From Calditrichales bacterium (lineage in GTDB: Bacteria; Calditrichota; Calditrichia; Calditrichales; J004): 64,000 nt of DNA. Location: NCBI GenBank assembly GCA_965267575.1, contig OZ254086.1, positions 64,001-128,000 on the forward strand, written 5' to 3'. The notes under the pieces were generated by a model. That model saw only the letters and a list, made by a program, of their open reading frames with translations, ran no database searches and was not told the origin of the DNA. The position numbers were made by a program, and so were the translations under genes. Positions 20,358 to 30,956 of the stretch are shown here, one piece after another (position 1 is the first letter of the stretch; every line of letters begins with the position of its first letter).

Positions 20358-23300
20358 TTAGCTTGACTTAATTTTATACCGCAAGAGGACAAAAATGTCC
20401 TCAATATTGGATGGTTCGCTTTCTAAGAGTTCAATTGTCCATTTTCCGGGCTCATGACCGCTATTTAATTCCTGGAATGGGATGCAATAAGGTAAGCCTT
20501 CAACCGAACTGCCGTTAAGTTTAAAATCCTGATCAGTAAACTCTGGTCCACCTTCTCTTTTAAAGGTGAACTTGATTGGATTGTTATCGTCGTAAGCGGA
20601 ATCTCCTGTCATTTTGAGCAACAAAAATGCTGTATCGAATTCAATGTCTTTGCCTTTTACAATCAATGGGAAACTGTCTTTATTCAAATTCATTATCAAG
20701 CTATGAGCCGTGGAATCACCCGCCGGGTTGAGAAAACGGTGCCACTCAGATGAAAACTCCTGACGAGCACTGAACATTCGGAAAAGACCTTCACTGTTTT
20801 CGAGAATCCGCTGAACATAAGAGCTGGCTGCTTCCTGAAATGCCGTTCCGCCATCACGGGCTGTGTAATTAAGATGTATAATGACATCTGATATCGTTTC
20901 GTAATCGAACTGATGGTATTCGCCAGGCAGCTCAAGTCTCCACCGACTAATAGCACCGGCACCTTCAAAGGGTAAATATCGTTCATCTCGGAAATTGAAT
21001 TCAAACATACCGCTGTCGTTTTGTGCGGAGCTTGTGGCAATAGATTTTATTCCCAGAACATTATGCATAAATCGGTCTCTTTCCAGGTCCTCAGGCGTAT
21101 GGGCGTAGCCATTGGATGTTTCAGTTGTGCGACGAATACGATTGGATAGCAGAGTCAATTTAGCATTGACGTTAGTGTAAGGCCCGGTAACACAGGGAAT
21201 GGTAATGCTGACTGATTTAATTCGTCGCATGTATTGTCCGGGGAAATCGAGGTCAAAGAATACCTCAGGAATTTCGAATTCACATGATCCGGTTTCACGC
21301 AGCTTGAGGAGTTGTTCGGGATTTAGCATGACCAACGAAACATGTTTTGTTAATTCAAACTCACGTTTATTTTGGTCAAAATAAGCCGTTTCCATACGTT
21401 TAAGATCATGATGCAGCTTCTCTCCGGCGAGCAGGCCTTTCTTCAGGCTGTCCCAATAGCCAAACCGGATGAAGTTGGAATCTGTCAAACCAAGCTCGTG
21501 GCGGAAGGCCCTTTCTGCTCTTTTAGCGATATCATACGCCAATTGATAACTTTGAAAATACATACTGGAAACCTGGTTGACCATCCATTGATAGAGTTCC
21601 TTGTTGGTGAACTTATTGCGCATGAATTCATCTACTTCATTGGCATTTTCTATCTGCGTTTCATGGTTTTGCAGCTCCAGTTCAGCAATTTCTTTGCGGA
21701 TTTCTGCAGCGACGAGTTGCTTATTTAGCTGGTTCATTTCTTTCTTAGCTATATTCGCTTGATGGTCCCATTCCTCCTTGCGCTGCCGATAGCCACCAAG
21801 GGTTGCGCTCAGATTCGCTGAGGTATTTAACCATGCAACATGAGAACCTAGAGAATCCGCTCCCGCTTGAAGAGCCTCTCCGATATTGCTTCCTCCTGTT
21901 AAAACGCCAGCAGTTGTCGGAGCGCCTATTTTTAAGAGCCCAATTGTGTGAGCGGTAGCGGCTGCAGTTTCCCCAAATGACTTTTTAAGTTGAATTAACA
22001 AACTTGAACCCAATAGACCCAGATGAATCCATTCCCATGGATTCATTAGTCCCTTGTTTGAATAATGGTCAATTCGAGCTTGTAAAACGTCTCGATATCT
22101 CTTCAAACCTTCTAGTGATTCTTCTGCCTCATTTCGCTGTTTATTACGGATATTGTTTACTGCGCTTAACAATTGCAATTCCTGCGAGGAACGAAGCAAA
22201 CTCAATTCTTCAGCATCCCGTTTCTCCAACGCAGACAACAGCGCACCACCCAGCGACCTCAAATCATTGCACAGCTCAACCGCTTTTTGAAGCATGACAT
22301 TAAAACGGTAATGCGGTAGAGCGGCATTCATGTCATTCAAGGCGCTGTTGAGATCAACTCCCAGTGCCGCAGCACGAACCAGCAAAGCCGGATCAATAGG
22401 CGGTTCAAACAGGGGCAGTTGGCGAACAACGCCTTCAATGCTCATACAGTGGCGGATTTTGAAAAGACGGTCAGCCACGGTATCCCAATAGCGCAGAAGG
22501 TTATCATTCTTTGATAAGTAAAACGTTAGCGGCAGCGTTATCTCCGCGTCATCGGTCGGCGATAGTGTACCATTGCTCGATTCTGCCACAAGATTCTCAA
22601 TCTCTATGAGGGGATCTGAGAAACCGCCTTCCTGAAGTCTTGCCTCAAGCGAGTTGAAAGTATCCGGTTTTTGCCCATGGCGCGGCGGAATGTTTTCCGG
22701 TCTCCGGCCGAGGATCTCTGCTGCCATTATGTACAACTGGGTTGCCTCATTGATTGACTCGATAGTGTCTCGTCGGAAGAGTTGATCGCCCCAATCAATC
22801 AGGTTGTCGATATATTTCATTACCACAGCTTTTTGGTAGGCCACTGGGCGCAGCCGGGCGACCATGTGCGGCTGAAACGCATTGTTTCGCCAACGTGCGA
22901 CTTGCTGTTTCAATTCACCGTTACTCTCCCCTTCGGCAAGTTGATTCAACAGTTCCTGGATCCTCTGGGCTGCATAGCCAGCCCGGGTTCTCTCATAAAA
23001 ATCCCGGGTACGCCAAAACCGTTGTGGTGCGGGTTCGTTTGATGCATCTGTCGGATCAAATATATAATGAAACCACTTTTGTGCTTCTTCAAAGCGTTGA
23101 TTCTGACTTAAACTGGAGGCAATTAGAAATGGAATATGGAAAAACAGCTCCCAATTGTAGATCGAATATGCACCATACATGGAGAAATCAACATCTTCAA
23201 GTGGACCGGGTTGGGCTACAATTGATTTAGGCTCATATATGTTAAAAAACTCTGCCCTCTTTAACTGAATACTTCGTTGAAGCAAACCGCCAATGCCATC

Positions 23301-26300
23301 CCGATTCAGGTTTTTAACAAAGTGACAAACATATGGGTGATAATGCAGGTGGAAGCGATAGCGCTTTCTGCGTAGCAAAGCCGAAGTTTTTCTACGAATG
23401 AGCGCGTCTAAACCTGTAGAAATATTAGGTTGGGTTACTTGTGGAATTTGTATAATCGGTGTCGATTCCATTCGAAAGCGCGAATCATTAGGCAGATTTA
23501 CCACAGGAGAGGCACCCTGATAAAAATGACTAACAATGTCCCGATTTTGTAGGAAATCAATTACTGAGTCGTTGGGAAGAATAATATCCATAGGTGTTAA
23601 AAAAAACGTTCGAGTTTCATCCTGAAAGAAGAATGGTCTTTGGCCTGTCTGGACAGTATAAGGGCTAATGCCGTTTGCAATAGCGTCTTGATGAGCATAG
23701 AGAATATAGTAAGGAGAAAGACCTGGCGTCTTTTGTAGTGCAATAGAATTAGTTGTGTCCCCGCGGAGATATAGTTTTCCATTCTCGATATCCGCTTCTT
23801 GCAACATCATTCCTTGAGGTCTAGTTTGAATCAAACCAGGAATGTTAAATAATTGGAGAAAAGTATGGCTATCCTTCACAATGCTGGCGCCAGAATCGCA
23901 AGCTGTAAAATGGAAAGAGTTGATGCGCTTATAAGTGGGATCATTAATAATCTCAAAATTACTACTGATAGCCCAGATAAAAAGTCCATTGCTGCTGATT
24001 CTGTATTTAAACAAATGAAGTCCTATCCCTTTGTCTTCCAAGTTTTCGTCGGGAGTAATTACAGATCTTATCGAATTCGCAGTTACTCTTTTTGCCTGCC
24101 ATGAATCATTCTTACATTCACTCCAGGCGAGCCTTATCTCCCAATATTTTTCACCTTCTTCGACTTCCTCTCCCGCGCCAGGCATTGTTACAGGAATCTT
24201 CTCCTGCTTCTCTTCAAAAATCGGCCAGAACAAATAAAGCCGGCGGTTCCAGACCACCGGAATTAAGTGGTCGCCTTCAATATCCAGATCTACTCTCTCC
24301 CAGGGCGTCCAATACGAATCATCAACACGGCGGCGGTAGAAATAAATATGTGGTATTTCACGGGTGCGCCCAAAGACATGCAGAACATTCACCAGCCGCT
24401 CGTTTCCCTGGTGCCCCGGGATGGTCTCCTCCTCATGATACATACCGACGATTTCCAGCCTCGCCACCTGGTCCAGTTTTTCCAAATAGTGCCGAAAAGC
24501 GGTTTCCGCGGTCTCCATGGTGATGTCGTTTTGTAGCAGTTCGTTTTCCAGTTCTTTAAAAAACGGTGATTTGTCATGACGCAGTGCCGGTTCAATCCAA
24601 TTTTCCGGGTAAAGAAAAATCTTGCGATTGGCCTCCCACACCCGGTAATTTTTCATCCACTCCCAGTGCGTCCAATGTGAATCAATTTGGCTGTTAACGA
24701 CCACTTGTGGTTCGAGATTCATCAGGCAGCGCTGCACAAATAGCTGGGTTGAGCTGAGTGCCTGTTTGATGCGCGAAGTAAGCTGGCAGGCGCTCATTTC
24801 CACATCGATGAGAAAATGGGCATACAGATCGTTGACATCCTGCCAATGCTGATGCTTGTCAGCATCAGGGCGCACCACGAGATAAGCAACCAAGGCGTCA
24901 CGTTGTTTTTCACGCAGCTCATCTCGTAACGGCTGAGCGATAGTTAACCACCTGTCAACTTCGTAGCGAGTTTTGGCGGCTTGAATGGCGCCACGGGCAT
25001 CAGTGCTGGTCATCTCCGGTCTGGCCCAGGCAAAACATTGTGCCGTTGAGACACCCAGTCGCTTCATCATTTGGAAGCAGTCATACACCCGGGAAAGCGC
25101 TTTTTTGTCACAGATGTTATTTGGAAAGGTAAGGTCCAAACCCGACGATCCGGTGAGCGCTGTCAGTTCCGCTCCATCCCAGCCGGTGTGCTCAACAAGT
25201 TGATTCAGGATATTATTATGCGTTGTATCCGATGCAAATATGTCCCGTAAGACCAAAGCACCATTATGCAGCTTGTCGCGGAGCAACAACAGGTTTACCA
25301 GACAGTCAAACTGTTTAAATTTTTCCTTAGGAAAGCCGCCCAATTCAACAGGCAGATCATTTAAATTAAATGAGCTGTGCGTTACCGCTTTAAAAACCCA
25401 ATCCAGTTCAAATGGCTGTATGTTAAAAGCAGAAATAATAGTGGCAATCTTGTCCAGACGGATTAAAGACTGAAATGGATCGCTGAAGGTCTCAGGGATT
25501 ATTCTGACATTAGGATTACTTTCCGCAAAAGCCGGCGCAAGAAAATCTTCGATGCAGTTCTTGCTTGAATCCGAAACAGCATTTATCCACTCCATCAGAA
25601 GTTTTTCTACCGATTCTATTTCCAGATTAAGTGCTTCGCTAAGAAGCTGAGAGAGCAAATTCTCACTCAACCGGCGACGAAGATGAGGTATAAGTTTTTC
25701 TAAAATCAGTCTGAACTTGTCGTTGGCCTGATTGTCTGGATTAACCAGATAATTAATATCACTGGTTTCTGTAATAAACGCCGATGCTGGATCATTTAAT
25801 TGCGAATCCGGCCCATCAAATAATTCATCGATGGCATCTGAATAATCCCCATTCGATGACAGGTCTTTGAGCAAATCTCTTTCAGCCTCGCTCATTGCTC
25901 CTTTGAAATGCAGCTTTTCCGTGGAAGGCTCATAATAAATTTTGTTAGATAATTCCTCTGTGAAGTCGGGAATATCATTACTTGAAACAGAAGTCGTGGA
26001 AACATAATCGGGAATATGAAAGGTTTTCATATTGCGCCGGATAAAATCTCCAGGCGAATCATTGGATATGGGATCGTTTATTATGGATATGATTTGTGCG
26101 ATCAGACGGTCTTTCCATTGCAGCAATGCCAAGCTCTGACCGGTAAGCTCGCCGGTACGATCCTGAATCGTGTCATTAAAAACATACGTTTCGGCAATCT
26201 GATGCAGCCCGGTGCGACATACGCCGAGAGTCCGCGCAATTGTTTCTTCTGACGGTTCAAGCGTTGTTCCGTCTCTTTTCTGATGACGCAGCAGGTAATC

Positions 26301-29300
26301 GAGCTCGGTTACAGAAATACCAGCCTCGCGCAATTTTGCAACTACCTCCACGAGATCCAGCGTATTTTGGGTGTTTGCGGGATCAAAAGGATTGATGCCG
26401 GTCAGTTCAATCAGCGTGCGCGTATCGCGCATCGATAGCCGTAATGCCCCGGCTAATTTTATAATGCGATACAATTTGGAAAGACCCGCCAGCGTCAGTT
26501 CATCGGGAATTTGAATTGCTTCCTGAAGATCTGGATCAAGTGCATCTTTCAAAGCTTGCTCAATATCATTCATCAGGTATTGCAGCTCTGACTGTGTAAC
26601 GGGAAGGGACGCAAGAATGGTAGCGGCATTGTCTGTTATTTTTTGGTTAGATGAATCCACCTTCACTTTTTCGATCTTAAACTTAGGATCAACCGGATTA
26701 GTGACCGCTGGATTCTGGAAAAGCCGGTGATAAAGCGAGTCATCACTTTCCGTAGAAATATTTCCCCAGAACGTGAGCAGTTCTTCCAGCGGCAGGTTGA
26801 GCCGCGATAGAAGACTTTGAATATGTGCAAGCTGAATAATAAGGTTTGCATTCAAGCGGTCGTTTAGAACAACACCGTCCTGCAGAACAGCTATTGCACT
26901 GTCCAGATCGGCGACTTCCCAGCCAAGTTTGCGCCACAGCCGAACAAAGCGGTGTAGACGATGGGCGGCGTTAGCGTCCAAGCCGATAATCTTTAGTTTC
27001 TGAGTATTACAGGTAAAAGGATCTTCTTCATCGCCCGATTTAATTTTGATATTGCCATCCGGATTGACGAATTTTGTTTTCAGTAGGTCATTTAACTCTT
27101 GATAGCTCAACTGCGAACGGTCGAGCAATACCCTGACCCACAGCAAGGCTTCTACCCACCCAACGGGATTTTCCTCATTGGGAATCGTATTGCCCTGTTC
27201 CTGCAACCCCCAGAATTTCCACGGTTCGGTTAAGACCGGATCATTGCGGATAATCGCATGTTCAGCCGCGGTTAGCCCCAATTGCTCGGCGGCAATATCC
27301 AGCTCCGAAGGCTGTGGTGATGTGCCGCCTTTTTGAAACACACGCATCAGCTCATGCCTCTGCACGCCCAAATGTCCCAAATACGTGCGCACTTCTTCAG
27401 TCCAAAGGTCAAATGGAAGCGTCAATGGAAATAGAGCTTCGCGGAGTACGGCATACGCATCACTGTTGATGTATTGAGGATTGGCTAGCAAAGCCTCGAC
27501 CGTACCAGAAGTTTGACGGCTTCGGGCGACAACTTTTAAAGTGCTGTTTTCTTTCTTAATGGTATAAGTGAATGCCGCATCCTGGATTTTCCAGTTTTCA
27601 TCGGGAGATTCAGTGGTGATCACGGCACTTGCTGCCAAGGCAGGCGTGAAGGCATTTTGCAGCACTTCGGTAACAATACCTTCATTCAAATTACTCTCGA
27701 GAGCAGCATCGAGTGGGAACGGGGTGGATGGCGCTGCCGGAGAAACCGCCTCTTCCAGGATCTCATTCACTAAGTCGATATAGGGCAAGGTGGTATTGGT
27801 ATTCTCACAGCTCAGCTCGATTTCTCCCAAGTCGGGACGTCTCCCGAATAAAGCATTTTTGGCAGTTTTGTCATCTTGAAATATTACTTCGGTAATATTA
27901 CCATCTTCGTCCCGTTCAATTTCGTCAATCAACTTGCGGTCTTTGAGAAAGTGCAGCAAATCCACCAGGTAGGCCGCAGGGCTATACGCCGAACGGCAAT
28001 GTTTACAATCGCAATAATCCAGGGAGCCAAAAAGCGTTTCCCAATCGGGGATATCTTTAATTATAGCAGCACTATCCGAAGGAGCGGCGGCAGCCATGTT
28101 ATCCGGCTGGTTGGAACCCTCTGCGTTTTCTGTTTCAACCGGTGATTCCGCCGGCAGTACCGGCATGCTTATTTGACTATTGGAATTGTATTTTACATAG
28201 AGATGCTTAGCAGTTGCCGAAGCTTGTGCCGCCTTTTCGTAAATAACTAATGTCCGGTCGGCACCAAATTTTTTCTGATATCTATTTAAAAAAGTGCCCT
28301 TCCCCATCCTGGCAATTTGATAGGCGGATTCGTAACCATCTTTAAGGAGAGTTCCCATTTCCGAATAATAATGCGTCAGTTTGAAGAGGCGTTGTATGCC
28401 TTTGATTTGCTTTTTTAGGGCATCAGGATTTTGCACCCCCTCCATGGCGTCTTCATTATCTGCCAAATATTTTTCCAGGTAAGTCCTGGCCAGCTCAAAC
28501 TTCGCATCATCGGCGTGTACATTTTTAGCAAAGAAAGTATTTAGATCTTTCCTGCCGGTAGTGGTATCTTTCACAAGACGATAAGCGACAGCGGCCGTTG
28601 GGTAGGCGTCTTCCAGCATATATGCTAAAATCGTCGCGTAATTGGTTGCTTTTTCTTCGTTGCTTTCGCCGGGGATAAAGGGTGGAAAACCAATTGACCG
28701 TCTGCCCCTTCCCATAATGATTTCTTTCCACTCCTGCGCATCAAATTGTGCCAGGTCCCTGGCGATAGATATCTGTCCGCGGCTTCGCCTGCGCTGGAGC
28801 TCCTGAACCAGGGGGACATGATTCCAGGTCATGGCGCCTGCTTCTGACATAAATCTCAGGTCGTCGATCTTGTCTTTAAAAGCAGAGTTATTTTCAAGGT
28901 TTTTCCAAAACTCTTCTGGTGTTCCGCCGTGATTGCTATAGGCCTCGAGAAAGGCGCGTTGATCGCTTTTTTTCTTTAGTGTTGTTGCCAGCAAATCACC
29001 CACCGTATAGGTTCCGGGTTTTTCGGGGGGCTCAAAAGCCTGGTCAATGGCAAGTTTCTTAATTTGGTTTAAGACGGCCTTGACTTTGTTATCAGAAAGG
29101 AGAGAGATGATGTTATTTCGTGAAGCTGTTTTCAGTGCAAGTTCAATGCTATCCGGGCTTTGAACCAGCATGGCGGACAACTCCGGGGGTATATTTTGGC
29201 GTAGAAGGGCATACATAATTTCAGGAGATATTTTTGTTGTTGCCGAAAGACGGTGGGCCTGGGCAAGAAAGCCAATACGCTCCTGAGGTTCCCCCGTTTC

Positions 29301-29798
29301 CCCTGAAAGGAAGCTGTAATCGCGATGTTTTTCATTTTCTTCCAGCTCGGCTAAATTTAATTTGCCCAATAAAGGATGGACTTTCCCCAGCAATTTTTCA
29401 TACTCTGATAGCGCTCTGTTGTCTCCATCATCAACCACTAAATCCATCTCTGTTTCGGTGGACGCGTTAAAAATTATTTGCGAACGCAAAACTTCCTTGG
29501 GACGACGCCCGCTATATACACGCAATTCAATATCTGCGCTGCCCTTTTCCTGGCGTAAAAATTTGCTCGTTGGATAGGTGATTTTGTAGTCACCATCCAT
29601 GCCCGTGCCCGATTCACCCAATAGTTGCTCGCTGCGTAGGTCAATATCATATGCGCGGACTTTGCCACTTACAAAGGGTTCTCCACTGCTATAGCGGACA
29701 CTCCCCTTTACGACATATAGAGGCTCATTACGTTTTATGGTTCTTTTGGCCTGCTTTTTAGCACGCGTAGTGCTATTACCGGCGGGTTTGCGAGGCAT
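20358..29798 (-). CDS. Tc (ABC) toxin complex subunit A-like protein, 3146 aa
   Basis: VRP1/SpvA-like SPAAYLVDLL..RRPDL..IELSCENTNTTLPYIDLVNEILE; LIDVEM..TSRIKQA; YRVWEANRKIFLYPENWIEP; YNWELFFHIP; GDQLFRRDTIESINEA; C-terminal TcB-binding region (FDLDFPGQYMRRIKSVS, DERYLPFEGAGAISRW). RBS AAGGAG. Confidence 0.93.
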   Translation of the reverse strand: MPRKPAGNSTTRAKKQAKRTIKRNEPLYVVKGSVRYSSGEPFVSGKVRAYDIDLRSEQLLGESGTGMDGDYKITYPTSKFLRQEKGSADIELRVYSGRRPKEVLRSQIIFNASTETEMDLVVDDGDNRALSEYEKLLGKVHPLLGKLNLAELEENEKHRDYSFLSGETGEPQERIGFLAQAHRLSATTKISPEIMYALLRQNIPPELSAMLVQSPDSIELALKTASRNNIISLLSDNKVKAVLNQIKKLAIDQAFEPPEKPGTYTVGDLLATTLKKKSDQRAFLEAYSNHGGTPEEFWKNLENNSAFKDKIDDLRFMSEAGAMTWNHVPLVQELQRRRSRGQISIARDLAQFDAQEWKEIIMGRGRRSIGFPPFIPGESNEEKATNYATILAYMLEDAYPTAAVAYRLVKDTTTGRKDLNTFFAKNVHADDAKFELARTYLEKYLADNEDAMEGVQNPDALKKQIKGIQRLFKLTHYYSEMGTLLKDGYESAYQIARMGKGTFLNRYQKKFGADRTLVIYEKAAQASATAKHLYVKYNSNSQISMPVLPAESPVETENAEGSNQPDNMAAAAPSDSAAIIKDIPDWETLFGSLDYCDCKHCRSAYSPAAYLVDLLHFLKDRKLIDEIERDEDGNITEVIFQDDKTAKNALFGRRPDLGEIELSCENTNTTLPYIDLVNEILEEAVSPAAPSTPFPLDAALESNLNEGIVTEVLQNAFTPALAASAVITTESPDENWKIQDAAFTYTIKKENSTLKVVARSRQTSGTVEALLANPQYINSDAYAVLREALFPLTLPFDLWTEEVRTYLGHLGVQRHELMRVFQKGGTSPQPSELDIAAEQLGLTAAEHAIIRNDPVLTEPWKFWGLQEQGNTIPNEENPVGWVEALLWVRVLLDRSQLSYQELNDLLKTKFVNPDGNIKIKSGDEEDPFTCNTQKLKIIGLDANAAHRLHRFVRLWRKLGWEVADLDSAIAVLQDGVVLNDRLNANLIIQLAHIQSLLSRLNLPLEELLTFWGNISTESDDSLYHRLFQNPAVTNPVDPKFKIEKVKVDSSNQKITDNAATILASLPVTQSELQYLMNDIEQALKDALDPDLQEAIQIPDELTLAGLSKLYRIIKLAGALRLSMRDTRTLIELTGINPFDPANTQNTLDLVEVVAKLREAGISVTELDYLLRHQKRDGTTLEPSEETIARTLGVCRTGLHQIAETYVFNDTIQDRTGELTGQSLALLQWKDRLIAQIISIINDPISNDSPGDFIRRNMKTFHIPDYVSTTSVSSNDIPDFTEELSNKIYYEPSTEKLHFKGAMSEAERDLLKDLSSNGDYSDAIDELFDGPDSQLNDPASAFITETSDINYLVNPDNQANDKFRLILEKLIPHLRRRLSENLLSQLLSEALNLEIESVEKLLMEWINAVSDSSKNCIEDFLAPAFAESNPNVRIIPETFSDPFQSLIRLDKIATIISAFNIQPFELDWVFKAVTHSSFNLNDLPVELGGFPKEKFKQFDCLVNLLLLRDKLHNGALVLRDIFASDTTHNNILNQLVEHTGWDGAELTALTGSSGLDLTFPNNICDKKALSRVYDCFQMMKRLGVSTAQCFAWARPEMTSTDARGAIQAAKTRYEVDRWLTIAQPLRDELREKQRDALVAYLVVRPDADKHQHWQDVNDLYAHFLIDVEMSACQLTSRIKQALSSTQLFVQRCLMNLEPQVVVNSQIDSHWTHWEWMKNYRVWEANRKIFLYPENWIEPALRHDKSPFFKELENELLQNDITMETAETAFRHYLEKLDQVARLEIVGMYHEEETIPGHQGNERLVNVLHVFGRTREIPHIYFYRRRVDDSYWTPWERVDLDIEGDHLIPVVWNRRLYLFWPIFEEKQEKIPVTMPGAGEEVEEGEKYWEIRLAWSECKNDSWQAKRVTANSIRSVITPDENLEDKGIGLHLFKYRISSNGLFIWAISSNFEIINDPTYKRINSFHFTACDSGASIVKDSHTFLQLFNIPGLIQTRPQGMMLQEADIENGKLYLRGDTTNSIALQKTPGLSPYYILYAHQDAIANGISPYTVQTGQRPFFFQDETRTFFLTPMDIILPNDSVIDFLQNRDIVSHFYQGASPVVNLPNDSRFRMESTPIIQIPQVTQPNISTGLDALIRRKTSALLRRKRYRFHLHYHPYVCHFVKNLNRDGIGGLLQRSIQLKRAEFFNIYEPKSIVAQPGPLEDVDFSMYGAYSIYNWELFFHIPFLIASSLSQNQRFEEAQKWFHYIFDPTDASNEPAPQRFWRTRDFYERTRAGYAAQRIQELLNQLAEGESNGELKQQVARWRNNAFQPHMVARLRPVAYQKAVVMKYIDNLIDWGDQLFRRDTIESINEATQLYIMAAEILGRRPENIPPRHGQKPDTFNSLEARLQEGGFSDPLIEIENLVAESSNGTLSPTDDAEITLPLTFYLSKNDNLLRYWDTVADRLFKIRHCMSIEGVVRQLPLFEPPIDPALLVRAAALGVDLNSALNDMNAALPHYRFNVMLQKAVELCNDLRSLGGALLSALEKRDAEELSLLRSSQELQLLSAVNNIRNKQRNEAEESLEGLKRYRDVLQARIDHYSNKGLMNPWEWIHLGLLGSSLLIQLKKSFGETAAATAHTIGLLKIGAPTTAGVLTGGSNIGEALQAGADSLGSHVAWLNTSANLSATLGGYRQRKEEWDHQANIAKKEMNQLNKQLVAAEIRKEIAELELQNHETQIENANEVDEFMRNKFTNKELYQWMVNQVSSMYFQSYQLAYDIAKRAERAFRHELGLTDSNFIRFGYWDSLKKGLLAGEKLHHDLKRMETAYFDQNKREFELTKHVSLVMLNPEQLLKLRETGSCEFEIPEVFFDLDFPGQYMRRIKSVSITIPCVTGPYTNVNAKLTLLSNRIRRTTETSNGYAHTPEDLERDRFMHNVLGIKSIATSSAQNDSGMFEFNFRDERYLPFEGAGAISRWRLELPGEYHQFDYETISDVIIHLNYTARDGGTAFQEAASSYVQRILENSEGLFRMFSARQEFSSEWHRFLNPAGDSTAHSLIMNLNKDSFPLIVKGKDIEFDTAFLLLKMTGDSAYDDNNPIKFTFKREGGPEFTDQDFKLNGSSVEGLPYCIPFQELNSGHEPGKWTIELLESEPSNIEDIFVLLRYKIKSS

Positions 29799-29869
29799 GA
29801 TGTACTCCTTTTTTGAGGATAAAAGATTTTTATCAGCCTGCTATGATATGTCTTTAAGCGGCTTGGTTT

Positions 29870-30391
29870 TTACTGTAAGAGGGCTAACAACAGTGTGAGC
29901 AAAAACAGGAAGAAATAGAAAAACATGATCTGGATAAGGCGTTGAGCCACACGAGGAAGCTTATTAGAAGCCTCTTTCTTTAGTTTTTTATCAGCTTCAA
30001 TACGATAGGGATCATCATAGCACCAAATATCACTCAAGCCCTCTATTTGAAAACGGATATAATCAGCACGGTTCCAACCGCTTCGGATATGCAACCCATA
30101 TTCACGAAGCATGAACATAACATAGGCACTAAGGATTAAACCGATCGCAGAAGTGATAATAACTAATGGCGGCTGTTCAACCTGGAAACCGACCTTTCCG
30201 TTTTCGGCTACTGAAAGATGCTTTGCCATAAAGCCCAACAATGCTCCAAGAAGAGAATAGAAAAATGAAGCCATGGTCCACATCTTGTCTTTTATTTTGG
30301 CCGCATCATCTGTAAACCATTTCCATAGATCCAGGTACTGATTGGTATCACTGTTCAGGCTGTGCTGGGAAACAAGGTTTTTAGCTGACAT
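29870..30391 (-). CDS. Small membrane protein with about 3 TM segments
   Basis: Three hydrophobic segments: MASFFYSLLGALLGFM, LVIITSAIGLILSAYVMFML and IMFFYFFLFLLTLLLALL. Confidence 0.7.
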   Translation of the reverse strand: MSAKNLVSQHSLNSDTNQYLDLWKWFTDDAAKIKDKMWTMASFFYSLLGALLGFMAKHLSVAENGKVGFQVEQPPLVIITSAIGLILSAYVMFMLREYGLHIRSGWNRADYIRFQIEGLSDIWCYDDPYRIEADKKLKKEASNKLPRVAQRLIQIMFFYFFLFLLTLLLALLQ

Positions 30392-30489
30392 TTTTAACTT
30401 TCATACATTTTCTCAAAAGTTTAAAAAGTGTTTCAGACAACTGATGCTTAATCCTACAGAGGTCAGTCAGTTATCACGAATACTCTTAA

Positions 30490-30942
30490 CTAATTAGGAT
30501 GAACGGGGTCATAACATACTCCACCCCTTAAAAAGCAATGCTCTTCACAATCGGCAGCGCCTGTAAGTGAACTGTACATGCAATCCCACTCTGCCTGTTG
30601 AAGCAGTTCGCTTAGACATCTACCGAGTTCTCTGTCTGAACCGCTATTTAGTTTGCAAAACAGAACACCTTCAATAAATTCTGTTTGGGTCATTTCCTGA
30701 ATTAGGGTTCCATCTGAAGATCCCAGATAAAGCTTGATTATTTTACCTTCCTGATCCAGTAAAAATAACCAGGTATGATGTGGAAAAATATAAAGACCGT
30801 CTTTCGAAAGGCCAGACGTTACATCCTTTATTAATATTAGGTCACCATTTTTATCAGACCGGTATTTTTCAGGTAATTGTCTGCCCCACTTTTCTTTATT
30901 TTGCTGGTTGTGCGGATCTAATCTCTGGCATCTATGAGCACT
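30490..30942 (-). CDS. Candidate immunity-position gene downstream of the RHS toxin; start uncertain
   Basis: The frame of the 67-aa ORF (30490-30693) stays open for about 83 more codons upstream, to ~30942, with no ATG/GTG/TTG. The C-terminus is Cys-rich. Confidence 0.4.
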   Translation of the reverse strand, partial: SAHRCQRLDPHNQQNKEKWGRQLPEKYRSDKNGDLILIKDVTSGLSKDGLYIFPHHTWLFLLDQEGKIIKLYLGSSDGTLIQEMTQTEFIEGVLFCKLNSGSDRELGRCLSELLQQAEWDCMYSSLTGAADCEEHCFLRGGVCYDPVHPN

Positions 30943-30956
30943 TTATAAATAGCAGT

